A stretch of 63,867 bases of DNA, the filler included, from Stramenopiles sp. TOSAG23-6 (lineage: Eukaryota): NCBI GenBank assembly GCA_900128565.1. It is 3 parts of 3 records of this genome, joined end to end, with 100 filler letters (N's around TTAATTAATTAA, not from the genome) between each part and the next. Parts side by side here need not be neighbours in the genome. Positions count along the whole stretch, not along the records: positions 21,971 to 43,775 come from LT636023.1; 2 more parts are not named here. One strand, 5' to 3'. The position numbers and the translations under genes are program-made. Under the pieces are notes generated by a model that was not told where the DNA came from, made no database searches, and was given only the letters and a program-made list of their open reading frames with translations. This document shows positions 21,971 through 32,526 of the stretch, piece after piece. Position 1 is the stretch's first letter; each line of letters begins with the position of its first letter.

Positions 21971-22648
21971 GAATTATACCAAAGAATGCTCAAAGATGGT
22001 AACAGCAATTCAAAAATTGCTTTAATTTTTTTTTCTTGAAAACAAAATAAAAAAATTTTAATTTCAGATTTTTTTTTGTCGAAAGAAATGATGATTAACT
22101 CTGATCGATCAATGTTCTTCTATGTATATTTGGATTCCATACCATTTTTTCTATATAAAAAAAAATGAGAATTTCCATTTCTGTTTTTATTATATTCAAA
22201 ATTCCAGAATTTTTCAAAAGTAGACAAAAATGCTACAAATCTTTGAAACTTAATAATTTTTCACTTGTAAATATTTTCTGAATTCGTCTTTAATTTTGAC
22301 ATCTCTAACGTGTTTTGTATATAACAACAGTTTTGTATGCTTGTCATGTCTAGATTTTCTTATATTGTTGTATTATATTTCAAAAAAAAAAAATTGTTAG
22401 GTACAAAATTTCGTACCAAAAAAAAATTAAATTAATTTTTTTTTAATTTTATGTTACAAAAAACTGTTTTTTTTCATTAGGTTACACATTTCGTATGAAA
22501 AAAAATATAATGAAATATGAAAAAAATACCTTTAAATGCACGTTTTTTAAACGTAAAAAAAAAAGAAGATGAGTTTAAACTAGATGGCACACACATGTCT
22601 CCGCAATATTTGACTGTATTGACTAGTAGAGGATTTGAGAAAATGAAT

Positions 22649-23790
22649 TTATTTGAGACAGCACTGCGGGGCATGGCATGACTCAAAGCGGCATGACGAT
22701 GATAGTTTGTTTGAATTCAACCCCCTGAATTGTATGATAATTGAGTATATTATATGTTTGTTAGTATTATATTATATATATATATATGAATCAGATACAG
22801 TTATTATATGAATTTTGATAGATTACTTACAACGATGTGAGATTTGTTAGTTGACCAATTTCTTTTGGAATTTCACCAGATAGAATATAATGCAAAGCCC
22901 TGAATTGTATGATAATTGAGTACATAATATGTTTGTTAGTATTATAAACGTGTATACTATTGTTTTTAGAATCAATTATTATGTGAAACTTACAAAGAAG
23001 TGACAGACCCACTAGCTTCACATCTGACACCAGACCATTTGCATACATCCGGATTCGTTATCCATTGATCCCTGCCTACCCAAGTATTGCCCCCAGTGGC
23101 ATTGTATAACGCTTTTAAAGCTGTAAAAGGGGAGGGTCTTAGTGTTGGAATATTTGTTGGTGTCAATGTTGTTGGTGTCCATGTTGGTCTTAGTGTTGGA
23201 ATATTTGTTGGTGTTAATGTTGTTCTAAGTGTTGGTCTTAGTGTTGGCATATTTGTTGGTGTCAATGTCGTTGGGTTTGTTGTACCAGACGTTACACTCA
23301 ATGTTACATCAAATGTAAGAGCTATATAAGTAAAAACAGCACTACCAGCAAGACCAAGAAGTGATTTTAATTTACAGACAGTTGAATATCTTCCTGTAGG
23401 ACAAATTACTCTTTGAGTTGGCACATAAATAACAGCAGGATCTCTATCGGATGCTTCTCTTTTAACTGGAATATCGTCAAAAAGTGGAACACTTACATAC
23501 CTGACGTCACCGTCATCATAGAAGTCATCATCGCGCATTTGTAGTAACTGTTCTGGTTCGGGTGAAGCATTAATGGTATCTCGTTCATCTAGTTGATATG
23601 TGTTACCAGTTCTGACAGAAACAACTATAGTACCACTACAAAGTAAACATACAAAGCAATACCAAAGCGCTACTTTATTGCACACTACAAACATATTCGC
23701 TAATGTTGCAATTTTATTGTTCCACTGAAGGAATAGATGCAGACGAAGAAAAACGAAAACACGCCAACACACAACGCGCGTGCTGAACAT
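22649..23790 (-). CDS. Secreted/membrane LRR protein with PT-rich stalk; exons 23790-22994, 22899-22831, 22724-22649
   Basis: LRRNT cap ALKALYNATGGNTW...W...DVCKWSGVRC, plant-type LRR LSGEIPKEIGQLTNLTSL, PT repeats. Confidence 0.75.
22725..22830 (-). other. Conventional GT-AG intron (non-family)
   Basis: TT|GTAAGT...TACTAAC...TTCAG|G. Confidence 0.85.
22900..22993 (-). other. Conventional GT-AG intron (non-family)
   Basis: TT|GTAAGT...TACTAAC...TTCAG|G. Confidence 0.85.
23137..23277 (-). repeat. Coding minisatellite encoding PT repeats
   Basis: About 3 copies of TTLTPTN(I/M)PTLRP. Confidence 0.85.
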
Positions 23791-24001
23791 AAATTTGAAG
23801 CTAAAACAGGTTTGTCATAATATGTCATGGTGAAAAAGGTAAACAAACACGAAATCACACAAAAATTTCAAATTCAAATTCAAATTTTTCAAAATTTCAA
23901 ATACTATCCTCCCTCCCCTCGCGCACCTTCAAAGTTCACCTGTAATTAATTATTCGTGCAAAGCTTCATTGAACACATCTAAGTGAGCAATATAAACAAT
24001 C

Positions 24002-26341
24002 ATGACTGGGGCGTCCAAGACTGAAGGTCTTGGTTTCGTCGCAGTCACTGCTTCAACAGCGGCTGCACGCAAGTCGCGTAAGAGCCGCACACGTAAATCT
24101 CGAAGAGAACGTCGAGGTCGAACTAAAGATGTACTCAAACCTTCACCAAAACCTAATCATCAAACTCCAAAGAATATGGTACCTTCAAATTACGTAAGAA
24201 CAAACAATAATACTGGTGATAAACAATGGAAAAAAATTGTTCAAAACCGAAACGCCCCTTCTCCGTACTCCCAAAGAACCCAAAGAACAACTGTTCTAGA
24301 TCCAAAGCCAGCTGCACTGGAACACGCTCGAGTGAAAGAGCTCAAGAAACAGCACTTTCAAGGGAAAAACTTTGAGAAAGAGAATGTTTCACACAATATG
24401 AATTCTCGCACGAAAAGAAGAAACGGTGCTACCAAAGAAAGGTTTGTAAAAGTAAAAGAAGCGGAGCGGCGACTAAGTCACGTTGGGGAATCTCCAGTTC
24501 GTCGTTTGTCAACTGGAGGACGCCGACTTTCTGGATCTCTCCATATAGGTCCGTATAACCACTCTAAAAAAATGAACAAAAACGTTGATGCCGTAAGCGA
24601 GTTAGAAACGTCATCGAATTCACATCATCGTCGCCTTTCATTTACGAAAAAGAAAACGAAGAAGAGAGAAATACAAAAAGATGTACAGATTCGAGGTCGA
24701 AACTCAAAAAGAGTTCAGGGGACAAAATCTCGATCTCTATCTCGAGCTCGTCGACTTCCCAGTTCACATGTTCATGTTCAAGCTATGAGACAACCACAAA
24801 AGAAGAAAAAGATTTCATATGAACAACTTACACCACCCAAAGTTGAAGTTCCAGTGGTGATTTCTTCAGGGTTTTTCCAAGCAAAACAACGCTCTCATTC
24901 TGTAAGCTTCAAAAGTCCATCATTAGACAGAACTCTTGGCCGTCTACGTTCCACATCTAAAAGAAGATCCAATCGAAAATCAGGAGCGCAAAAAAGAAGA
25001 GCACGATCTATTGCTCGTAAAAAAAGAGAAGAGGAGGTTTCAGGAAATCCATCCGATAAGTGTGCGACTGCTCTTCAATTCAAAGAAAACAACTTTTCGA
25101 ATGAATATATTCAAAACGAAAGTCCAAAACGATCGTCTTCTGTACCACCGCAATCATCCGCTATGAAGGCATCTCGTTCTATTGCTAATCCTGGTATAAC
25201 AAACGTACAACATGAAACTTCTCCTTTCGAAAACGTAAAAGAGATCAATCGAATTCGTTCTATCAAAAACCGACAAAAACGACAACAAAGTAAAACACCT
25301 CGAAAAAGAGATAAAAAAAAGCATAACAATAAGTCGTCTAAATCTCATCGATCTAAAAGAAAGGATAAAAAGAAAAATGCAATGAAAGCCTTGAACACTG
25401 GGTTAAAAAAGAATGTAAATGATCAAAGCCGTTTAAGAGTATTTTCACCTAATGGGGTCGATACTTCGGTTCATCTCGAATCAACTGGAAAACAAGAAAG
25501 TCATCCAAATGCTTGGTTTTCTCCATCTGGAAATATCGCGCAAAAAAAACGACATCAGGAACTATTGCGACAACGTGCAAGAGAAAGTGGCATTGGTCTT
25601 AATAAACTGAATATGAGCTGTACGTCTCTACTTGATTTCGACGCAAAAATGCTACCGTCACCTGCGCCAGTTGCGAAACAAACAGAAAGCTTTATTATGA
25701 ATCGTTCATTGGTAAAAACAAAGCAAATGCTAACGCCACCTAAACCTAAAGAAGATGACACATCTCCAGATCCCAGTAAGTGTGTTCGTAGTGCATTTTC
25801 TGCTGTAATTGGAAAGACACTATTGATCAAAGACAAAAATCGTGCTGATCTTCAAAACCTTGATGCGATCTTTTCTGCAGAGTCCCGACCAGAAACGCCA
25901 ATGTCACCATTGGCTACGATTGCAGCTGCAAAAGGCTTATCAAATCTGAGTCTTCTGTCGGATAACAAAATGGTTGATACACCAATGAGTGATGAAACAC
26001 CGCTCACTATATCGATAGATAAATCGTCTGATACACACTCAAGTGAAAGAGAGTCAGTGAAATCTATTGCTGAAGGAAAGGAAGGTAGAATTTATCTGGA
26101 AATATCTGATGAAGAGAATCTATCTGATCTAGAGAATATACCTACTTTAGAAGTGACCAAAATGGAAGCAAGACTTGAAGGGAAACTTCGTCAACTTCGG
26201 AAATTGCGAGAGTCCAAAATGTCCAGCAAAGCACAAAGTGAAAAAAGCACAGTATGTGGAGTTTCTATAAGACGTAATACGCGGCATACACGAGCAAATG
26301 CAGCAGAACGCGGCGATGCTTGTCAGTGTGTAATAGCGTAA
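24002..26341 (+). CDS. Basic low-complexity protein ending in a CaaX motif
   Basis: Intronless 779-aa K/R/S-rich ORF ending ACQCVIA*. Confidence 0.75.
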   Translation: MTGASKTEGLGFVAVTASTAAARKSRKSRTRKSRRERRGRTKDVLKPSPKPNHQTPKNMVPSNYVRTNNNTGDKQWKKIVQNRNAPSPYSQRTQRTTVLDPKPAALEHARVKELKKQHFQGKNFEKENVSHNMNSRTKRRNGATKERFVKVKEAERRLSHVGESPVRRLSTGGRRLSGSLHIGPYNHSKKMNKNVDAVSELETSSNSHHRRLSFTKKKTKKREIQKDVQIRGRNSKRVQGTKSRSLSRARRLPSSHVHVQAMRQPQKKKKISYEQLTPPKVEVPVVISSGFFQAKQRSHSVSFKSPSLDRTLGRLRSTSKRRSNRKSGAQKRRARSIARKKREEEVSGNPSDKCATALQFKENNFSNEYIQNESPKRSSSVPPQSSAMKASRSIANPGITNVQHETSPFENVKEINRIRSIKNRQKRQQSKTPRKRDKKKHNNKSSKSHRSKRKDKKKNAMKALNTGLKKNVNDQSRLRVFSPNGVDTSVHLESTGKQESHPNAWFSPSGNIAQKKRHQELLRQRARESGIGLNKLNMSCTSLLDFDAKMLPSPAPVAKQTESFIMNRSLVKTKQMLTPPKPKEDDTSPDPSKCVRSAFSAVIGKTLLIKDKNRADLQNLDAIFSAESRPETPMSPLATIAAAKGLSNLSLLSDNKMVDTPMSDETPLTISIDKSSDTHSSERESVKSIAEGKEGRIYLEISDEENLSDLENIPTLEVTKMEARLEGKLRQLRKLRESKMSSKAQSEKSTVCGVSIRRNTRHTRANAAERGDACQCVIA

Positions 26342-26760
26342 AATATATTAAATATTATATTGTTGCAGAGTATATATATAAATACCTGTACTCGTTGATT
26401 TACATTATAAACAAATCGCAATTAAGAGCGAATAATGTAAAAATGGCATTATAATAGAAATAAGATTGTAAAATAATAAGATTTAAAAACATAGTAAAAG
26501 CATTTGAAAAACAAAACAAACACGAAATAATGTGGTTATTCAATGCAATTACGAAAACATTACAGATAAAACTTGGCACAAAATATATTCATAATTATGG
26601 CAGCATAATTCAGCCACATATTGAATAAAAAATTTTATGATAAGAAAAAATAATAAAATGAAACTAAAATGATTATTTCTTTGGATTGACAAAACTAGAC
26701 GCATTCACAAAACATTTATTATAGAAATATTAGCATATGATAATCACTTTACAGTGTTTC

Positions 26761-29700
26761 TTATACTATATTTTCGTCGTCTAATGAATCGCCAGTATCC
26801 CCAGCTAATTCTGAAAATGCAGAATCAAAATCAGCTTCAAAACTGTCTTCTTCATTTTTTTCTTCAGCTTTGTTCGTTTCGTCAACATTAGATTCTTCAT
26901 ATTCGACAACTTCGATATCTTCTTGAGCATCATCATCATCAAGTGGGTTTTCAAACGCACTAAAGTCAGCCCACCTGCCATCACCTGCATCATCATCACT
27001 TCCGCCACCATCACCAGATATATATGTATTATCTGCCATCCCGTATTGTTGCATAAGAGAAGATATATGACCTTCGTCTTCATCAGATGAATCATCAGAA
27101 GAGTCCATATCATGATCACCTCCATTAAAAGCATACCAATCAGAACCACCATTTGCACTGTCACTGTTTCCAGCTCCTACAGTACTAAACATGCCATCTT
27201 TAATGTTTAGCGAATCACCACCAGACACCATACCAGCAAAATCTGGTCTATTATTATTATCAAGACTTGGAGAATTTGGAAGACCACCAAAACTATCGCC
27301 TGCCATTCCGAACATTTGGGATTCAGTATTAAATATTTCATCACTTTGAGCAAGAGCATTAATTGCTTTAAGATCCCCACTCGCGAGCCAACGTTGCCAT
27401 GCTTCATGCACTGAAACGAAATCATAAATATGGATACATTGAATCTTTTCTCTTTCTGCCTTTTTGACAGAATCTTTTGGATCTACTTCTTCCAACTTTT
27501 GTTCTTTTAATTGATCTTCAGCCATTTCGACGGCGGATTCAATACAATTTGCCATAATATGACAATATCCATAGTTGCCTTGAGCTTTTGTAGGCATCTT
27601 CTTAGGGGTACTGATTTTTTCGTCAGATGTCGAAATATCTGTTTCCTTATTCATTTTTTCATTCGAAACTACAGATATATTTTCTTTGTCATCATAACAA
27701 GTTAGCAACCGATCAATTAGTCCATAACCACTAGCATTAGATTCACTATCCGTTTTCCCATCCTCTACAGACGCAAAAAGAAGTTTTTGTATAAAAGACA
27801 TATTATTCTGAATGACTGCCTCGAGTATAAAGACAACATATCGATGAAGCATATTGCACCAGGGAAAATCGAAAAATAAATCAAAACAAATCTGGACAAT
27901 TCCGTTTCTACCAAGATTAGCCAGTAATAAATCTGTATTAATAAAACCTAATGTGATTACTAAAGACATCAATTGAGTTAATAAAAGTCGACTGGGCCCT
28001 AAACGATACATATATTGATGAAAATATTTCAAAAATTAAATTTTTTTGTTAGGTATGGAATGTANTAATTAGGTACAAAATTTTCTATGAAAAAAATAAA
28101 CTCAAAAATAAGAATGAAAACGAACTCTTTGACTCCATAAGTTGACATCATTGTTCCACATGAAGTCTTCAATACCTTGCATAAATTTTCATGCTGTGAT
28201 AAAATTGACAAAACTACTGGAGGCATTGGAGACGCTGTAGAATACTTTGGAAGTTGTCCCAATTCCTATATTGTGAAAAATATTTTTTTTTTTTTTTACC
28301 GAAAATAAAAAAAAATGTTAGGTATGAAATTTCGTACAAAAACAAATATGTAAAAATTTAAATTTTGAAAACGTACAAGTGCTTCCGTTGCATTCATACC
28401 AGAAACATGAATTCTTTCCCCAGGGGAGGTAGCAGATAATTCAATGTCATTTTGTTCCTGTATATATCTCTCTTCTCGATTCAAGTGCTCACGTTCAATT
28501 CCTTGTGCTATATTCTCTAATAAACATACCAAAACTTTAAGTGCTGATTCTTGTGCTCCTCGACTACGTCGTTTCATTTCTACATGTATTGTGATTTTTT
28601 TTTTTTAGTTTCAAAAAAAAAAAAATCGTTAGGTACGAAATTTCGTATAAAAACAAATGTAGGTAAAAAATTGTATTGTAACAAACGTACATCTACAGAG
28701 TCATCTAATAAAACTGAAGTCATCTGACAAACAATTTCCACGAGTCTTTCACAAGAGTCTTTTTCAAGGAGGATATCATATACTGTGAAAAAATATTTTT
28801 TTTTTTTTTTTACTGAAAAAAAAAAAAATCGTTAGGTATGAAATTTTTTTTCGAGAAAAATGTGGGTAAAAATTTAATTTTGAAAAACGCACATTCACAC
28901 GAACTGTGGGTGTGACATGAGTGTGTACAGCAATACTTTGCAACACTTCTGTTGCATTTTGCTGCATATCAATCGGACAATCCGGAGAAATACAATCCAA
29001 CAAAACTTTAATAATAGCTGCATCACCGCCAAAAGCTTTGGGTTGACAGTAACTTTCTTGAGCTTCAGCAGTGGCTGTGCTATTCAAATCTGTAGCTAAG
29101 TCTTCTAGTATGCCATCGACGTTATCTGTATCACCTTCATTATTTTCTGTATCATTTGTCTCGCTATCTTTACCATCTGTATCAATGGAAGTCCTTCTAA
29201 AAGACGAAGTAAACGAGTCTAACTCGTTATTCAATTCCATTTTTTCTTCTGCTACATTAAGAGGTAAAGCCAACATAATTCGCAAAATTTCGGCCACTGA
29301 ACAATCACCCATATGTCGAACAAATTTTGGTAACATATTTGAAGCAACATCTGTATCCAGAAAAAGTAACACTTCCTGAGGTTTTCGCTGTGAAATCATT
29401 TGTAACACTTTACAAATATAACCAGATTGCCACGTTGGAAGTGGCGCTTTTTGCTCTAGAATGTTGAAAATGCTCAACAGAAGATTGTTATTATCGAAAT
29501 CAACAAGAGCATCAATAATTGCTGTGACATCGCAACAAATAATCTCACACGCCAAGTATGGGTACTTAAGTCGCTCAACCTCGGTTGCTGTATCACTTGG
29601 AGGATCCACTATAAAACTTATAAGGCTTTGTAAAGTCTCACCTTTAGTGAGATATTCGATTAAATTGCTATTGAGTCCTTTTACCTCTTGTAAAAGTTCC

Positions 29701-29963
29701 TCTTCTTCCAGAAGTTCTACAAGGCTAAAATCTTCTTTTTCCAAAATGTCGCTTACAGGGCTATATTTGTAAAGTGTAGACAGGAAAATAGAAGAGTTAG
29801 CACACTGGAGCAAAAAAAGGAATTGTCATGAGTTAAACAAAAAAAAAGTGAAAAGAATACTCATGAAAAGATGAAAAACATTGAGAAGTATATATTGTGC
29901 GTACCTCCTTGTATTGAAAAAGATATTCCCTGACGTCCAAATGGAGCCACTGCCATCCTCCAT
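26761..29963 (-). CDS. SAPS / PP6 regulatory subunit (SIT4-associated protein); exons 29963-29905, 29760-28893, 28777-28691, 28583-28377, 28265-28126, 28009-26761
   Basis: SPVSDILEKEDFSLVELLEEEELLQE, KYPYLACEII, LGPSRL, DLFFDFPWCNMLH, GNYGY and an acidic tail. All exon phases are compatible. Confidence 0.92.
28010..28125 (-). other. Family intron, GT-AT (116 nt)
   Basis: AAA GA|GTTCGT...CAATATAT|G TAT gives KEYRLGPSRL. Confidence 0.8.
28266..28376 (-). other. Family intron, GT-AG (111 nt)
   Basis: GCA CTT|GTACGT...CAATATAG|GAA restores the frame. Confidence 0.88.
28584..28690 (-). other. Family intron, GT-AT (107 nt)
   Basis: GTA GAT|GTACGT...AATACAT|GTA restores the frame. Confidence 0.85.
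28778..28892 (-). other. Family intron, GT-AT (115 nt)
   Basis: GTG AAT|GTGCGT...CACAGTATAT|GAT; the nearby CAG would frameshift to a stop. Confidence 0.83.
29761..29904 (-). other. Conventional GT-AG intron (non-family)
   Basis: AG|GTACGC...GCTAAC...TATAG|C CCT gives RSPVSDIL. Confidence 0.8.
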
Positions 29964-30232
29964 TGTACAAACAATCAGAATACGGGAACACCTATAGACC
30001 GAGGAAGATTTTTTGCAATTGCCACTTATGAAGTATAGGCGCGAAACATCAAAGCGATGATTGAGATTGATTATTGATTTTGAGATAAATTCCCAAATTC
30101 GCTGCTCTTCGATCGATTTACAATGATTAGTAGTAATTCCATCAGCTTATAAAAAATGTCAAATTTATAATATAAATAGTACTTTTTGTGTGTTCACATG
30201 AATAACGCAAAAGGTATAATAAACCATTGATA

Positions 30233-32097
30233 ATGATGGGGACTCCGCCAGTCCTCTCGTATACAGTCCGTCGAGATCCTTTGTTTCAAACAGAGCGAAA
30301 TGAATCAGATAATAGAGAAAGTGATCGAGACATTGTTAGTATTTTCCCTGTATATAAGCGACGATTTTGGCTTCTGTTTTTATTGTCTTCTTCAAGTTTT
30401 TTACAGTCTTTGTACTGGATGACATACTCCACGGTACGTCATGAAGTTAAAGAAATGTATCATTGGTCTACCGATAATGTATTTGACCTGGTGACATGGA
30501 GCCAAATTGTTTATATTCCTCTCGCTTTTATCGTAGGCCCTTTAGACCATCATGTTGGCTTAGTTGGGAACATAACGATTTCCTTTATTCTAATTGCACT
30601 TGGTTCTTCCATCCGCTGCATCCCAGCGAGTTCAGAAGTATCATTAATTCTTGCCCATGTTTCACAGTTTGCAATTGCTTGTGCTGGTGCAATTGTCGTC
30701 ACATCCCCCTCAAAGTTATCCGCAACATGGTTTGGATCACGCAACAGAGTTGTAGCAACTTCAGTGATTATTGTTTCAAATCTTCTGGGTATTGCAGCAG
30801 CCCTTCTGATACCCTTTGCGGATATGAATTCTGTAGATATCCGTCATTTATTACACATGCAGGCGATTGTGGGTGGTGCATTTGTGCTTTGTTCAATACT
30901 TGATTTCATATGTTGTGGATCAATACCGAAAGAAGCTCCAAGTCGATCTGCATGCTTACAGCGTCAACGAAGAATTGCTACCAGAAGTGGATCAAGAACC
31001 GAATGTAGACAGCGTTTTAATGAAAATGAAGATATTTCATGGAATAGTGCAGTGCATCAAAACTCAGAAGACAGAGTTGATAAAACATGTACGTTTTCAT
31101 CATGAATTTTAAATTTATTTTTTTCGTATGAAATTTTGTACCTAACAACTTTTTTTTTTTTTCACAATACATGCCTGTGCCTATGTTTAGGATGTTCGAA
31201 TATTTGCGCTGAAGTTCCAAAACTATTGAAAAACTATAATTTTATGCTGTTAGCATGTTTTTACGGATTGAGTCATGGAGCTTATGTTGGTTGGATTAGG
31301 GTTTTAACCCCATTGATGGTTCGAAAAAATAGTGGTGCTCATACAGAATCCGATTTACTCGGCCTAACTACAGTCTCTTGTGGTGTCGTTGGTGGTGTCA
31401 TTGGGGGTATTTTTGGATCGTGCTATCTTTCAAGATTTGGCTCAGTAAAAGGTTTGATGGCATGTTTGCTCTTGTTCTCTTCAATCTGTTTTTCTATATT
31501 TGTTTTATTTGCAAATGATCCTTTTGGATGGTGTCCAACAAATGATGTGAGTGCCTTTAATGTTTTTATTGCTCAAAACGAAACCCCAAATGATGATGTA
31601 TGGATTCTTCATAATAATAAGCTAGTTATGAGAATCCTTTTTGTATCAAATGGATTAGGTTCTTTCTTTTTACTCGCTACAGCAGGTTTGTGTTATGAAA
31701 CTGCAGTAGAATCTGTGTATCCATCAAATGAAGTATCAACTAATGCAACGCTAATGCTTACAATGCACATTGTAGCTGGTATCTTTGAAATAGTCACTAA
31801 AATGATCACAGAGGAAAAAGATATCCTCAACTGGATTCTTCCAATCAGTACCTTATTTTCTGTCTTTCTTCTTCTACCTTATGTATGTTTTATTTTTTTT
31901 AATTTTTTATCTACATTTTTTTTCGTACGAAATTTTGTACCTAACAAAAATTATTTTTTTTTTTTTTGAAATATTTTTCCAAAATATAGAAAGAGTTTCA
32001 TAAAAGGACTCTTGTTGATGAAGGGCAAACAAATAGGCACAGAGTTATGGTTTATTCTCTCTCAGAAGAAGAAGATGAAAGTGCTACAATATTTTAA
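30233..32097 (+). CDS. MFS transporter, SLC49 (FLVCR/DIRC2)-like; exons 30233-31088, 31173-31882, 31990-32097
   Basis: VYKRRFWLLFLLS, PSKLSATWFG..R..AT, YETAVESVYP..E and multiple TM helices. Confidence 0.88.
31089..31172 (+). other. Family intron, GT-AT (84 nt)
   Basis: ACA T|GTACGT...AATACAT|GC; using the next AG downstream would create TGA. Confidence 0.85.
31883..31989 (+). other. Family intron, GT-AG (107 nt)
   Basis: CCT TAT|GTATGT...AAATATAG|AAA gives PYKEFHKR. Confidence 0.88.
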
Positions 32098-32407
32098 TCT
32101 GAAAAATAAGATATTTCGTTCTCTCTATGGAGAACCCTAACCCTAATGAAAATGAAAATTCAGAAAATATGTTTATGGATTTCTTTACTTTGTGTACCAA
32201 CTATAAATTTTGACAATATAATATGCATTGATTTTTCCATATTTTTTTAGTTATATAATATTTTTTTTTTCGGTTTTTTACTCTTGTATAATTCTATTAC
32301 CATGTCCTACTCCTTCCTACACCTGCATGAAAAAATTTGAACCTTTTTATATAAATTTTTCGGGATTTTTCGTGTTAGCGCGTCCAGTCAAGTCAAAAAA
32401 GTTTACG

Positions 32408-32441
<34 letters not shown>
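32408..32441. repeat. (CT)n microsatellite upstream of ATR
   Basis: Run of ct dinucleotides. Confidence 0.85.
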
Positions 32442-32526
32442 AAAAAAATCTCAAGAGAGATCAAGACCTCTCTATCGTAAAGTCGCTGAATAAGTCAGCA
32501 ATGATAAAACCATTGCAAAAATTATC

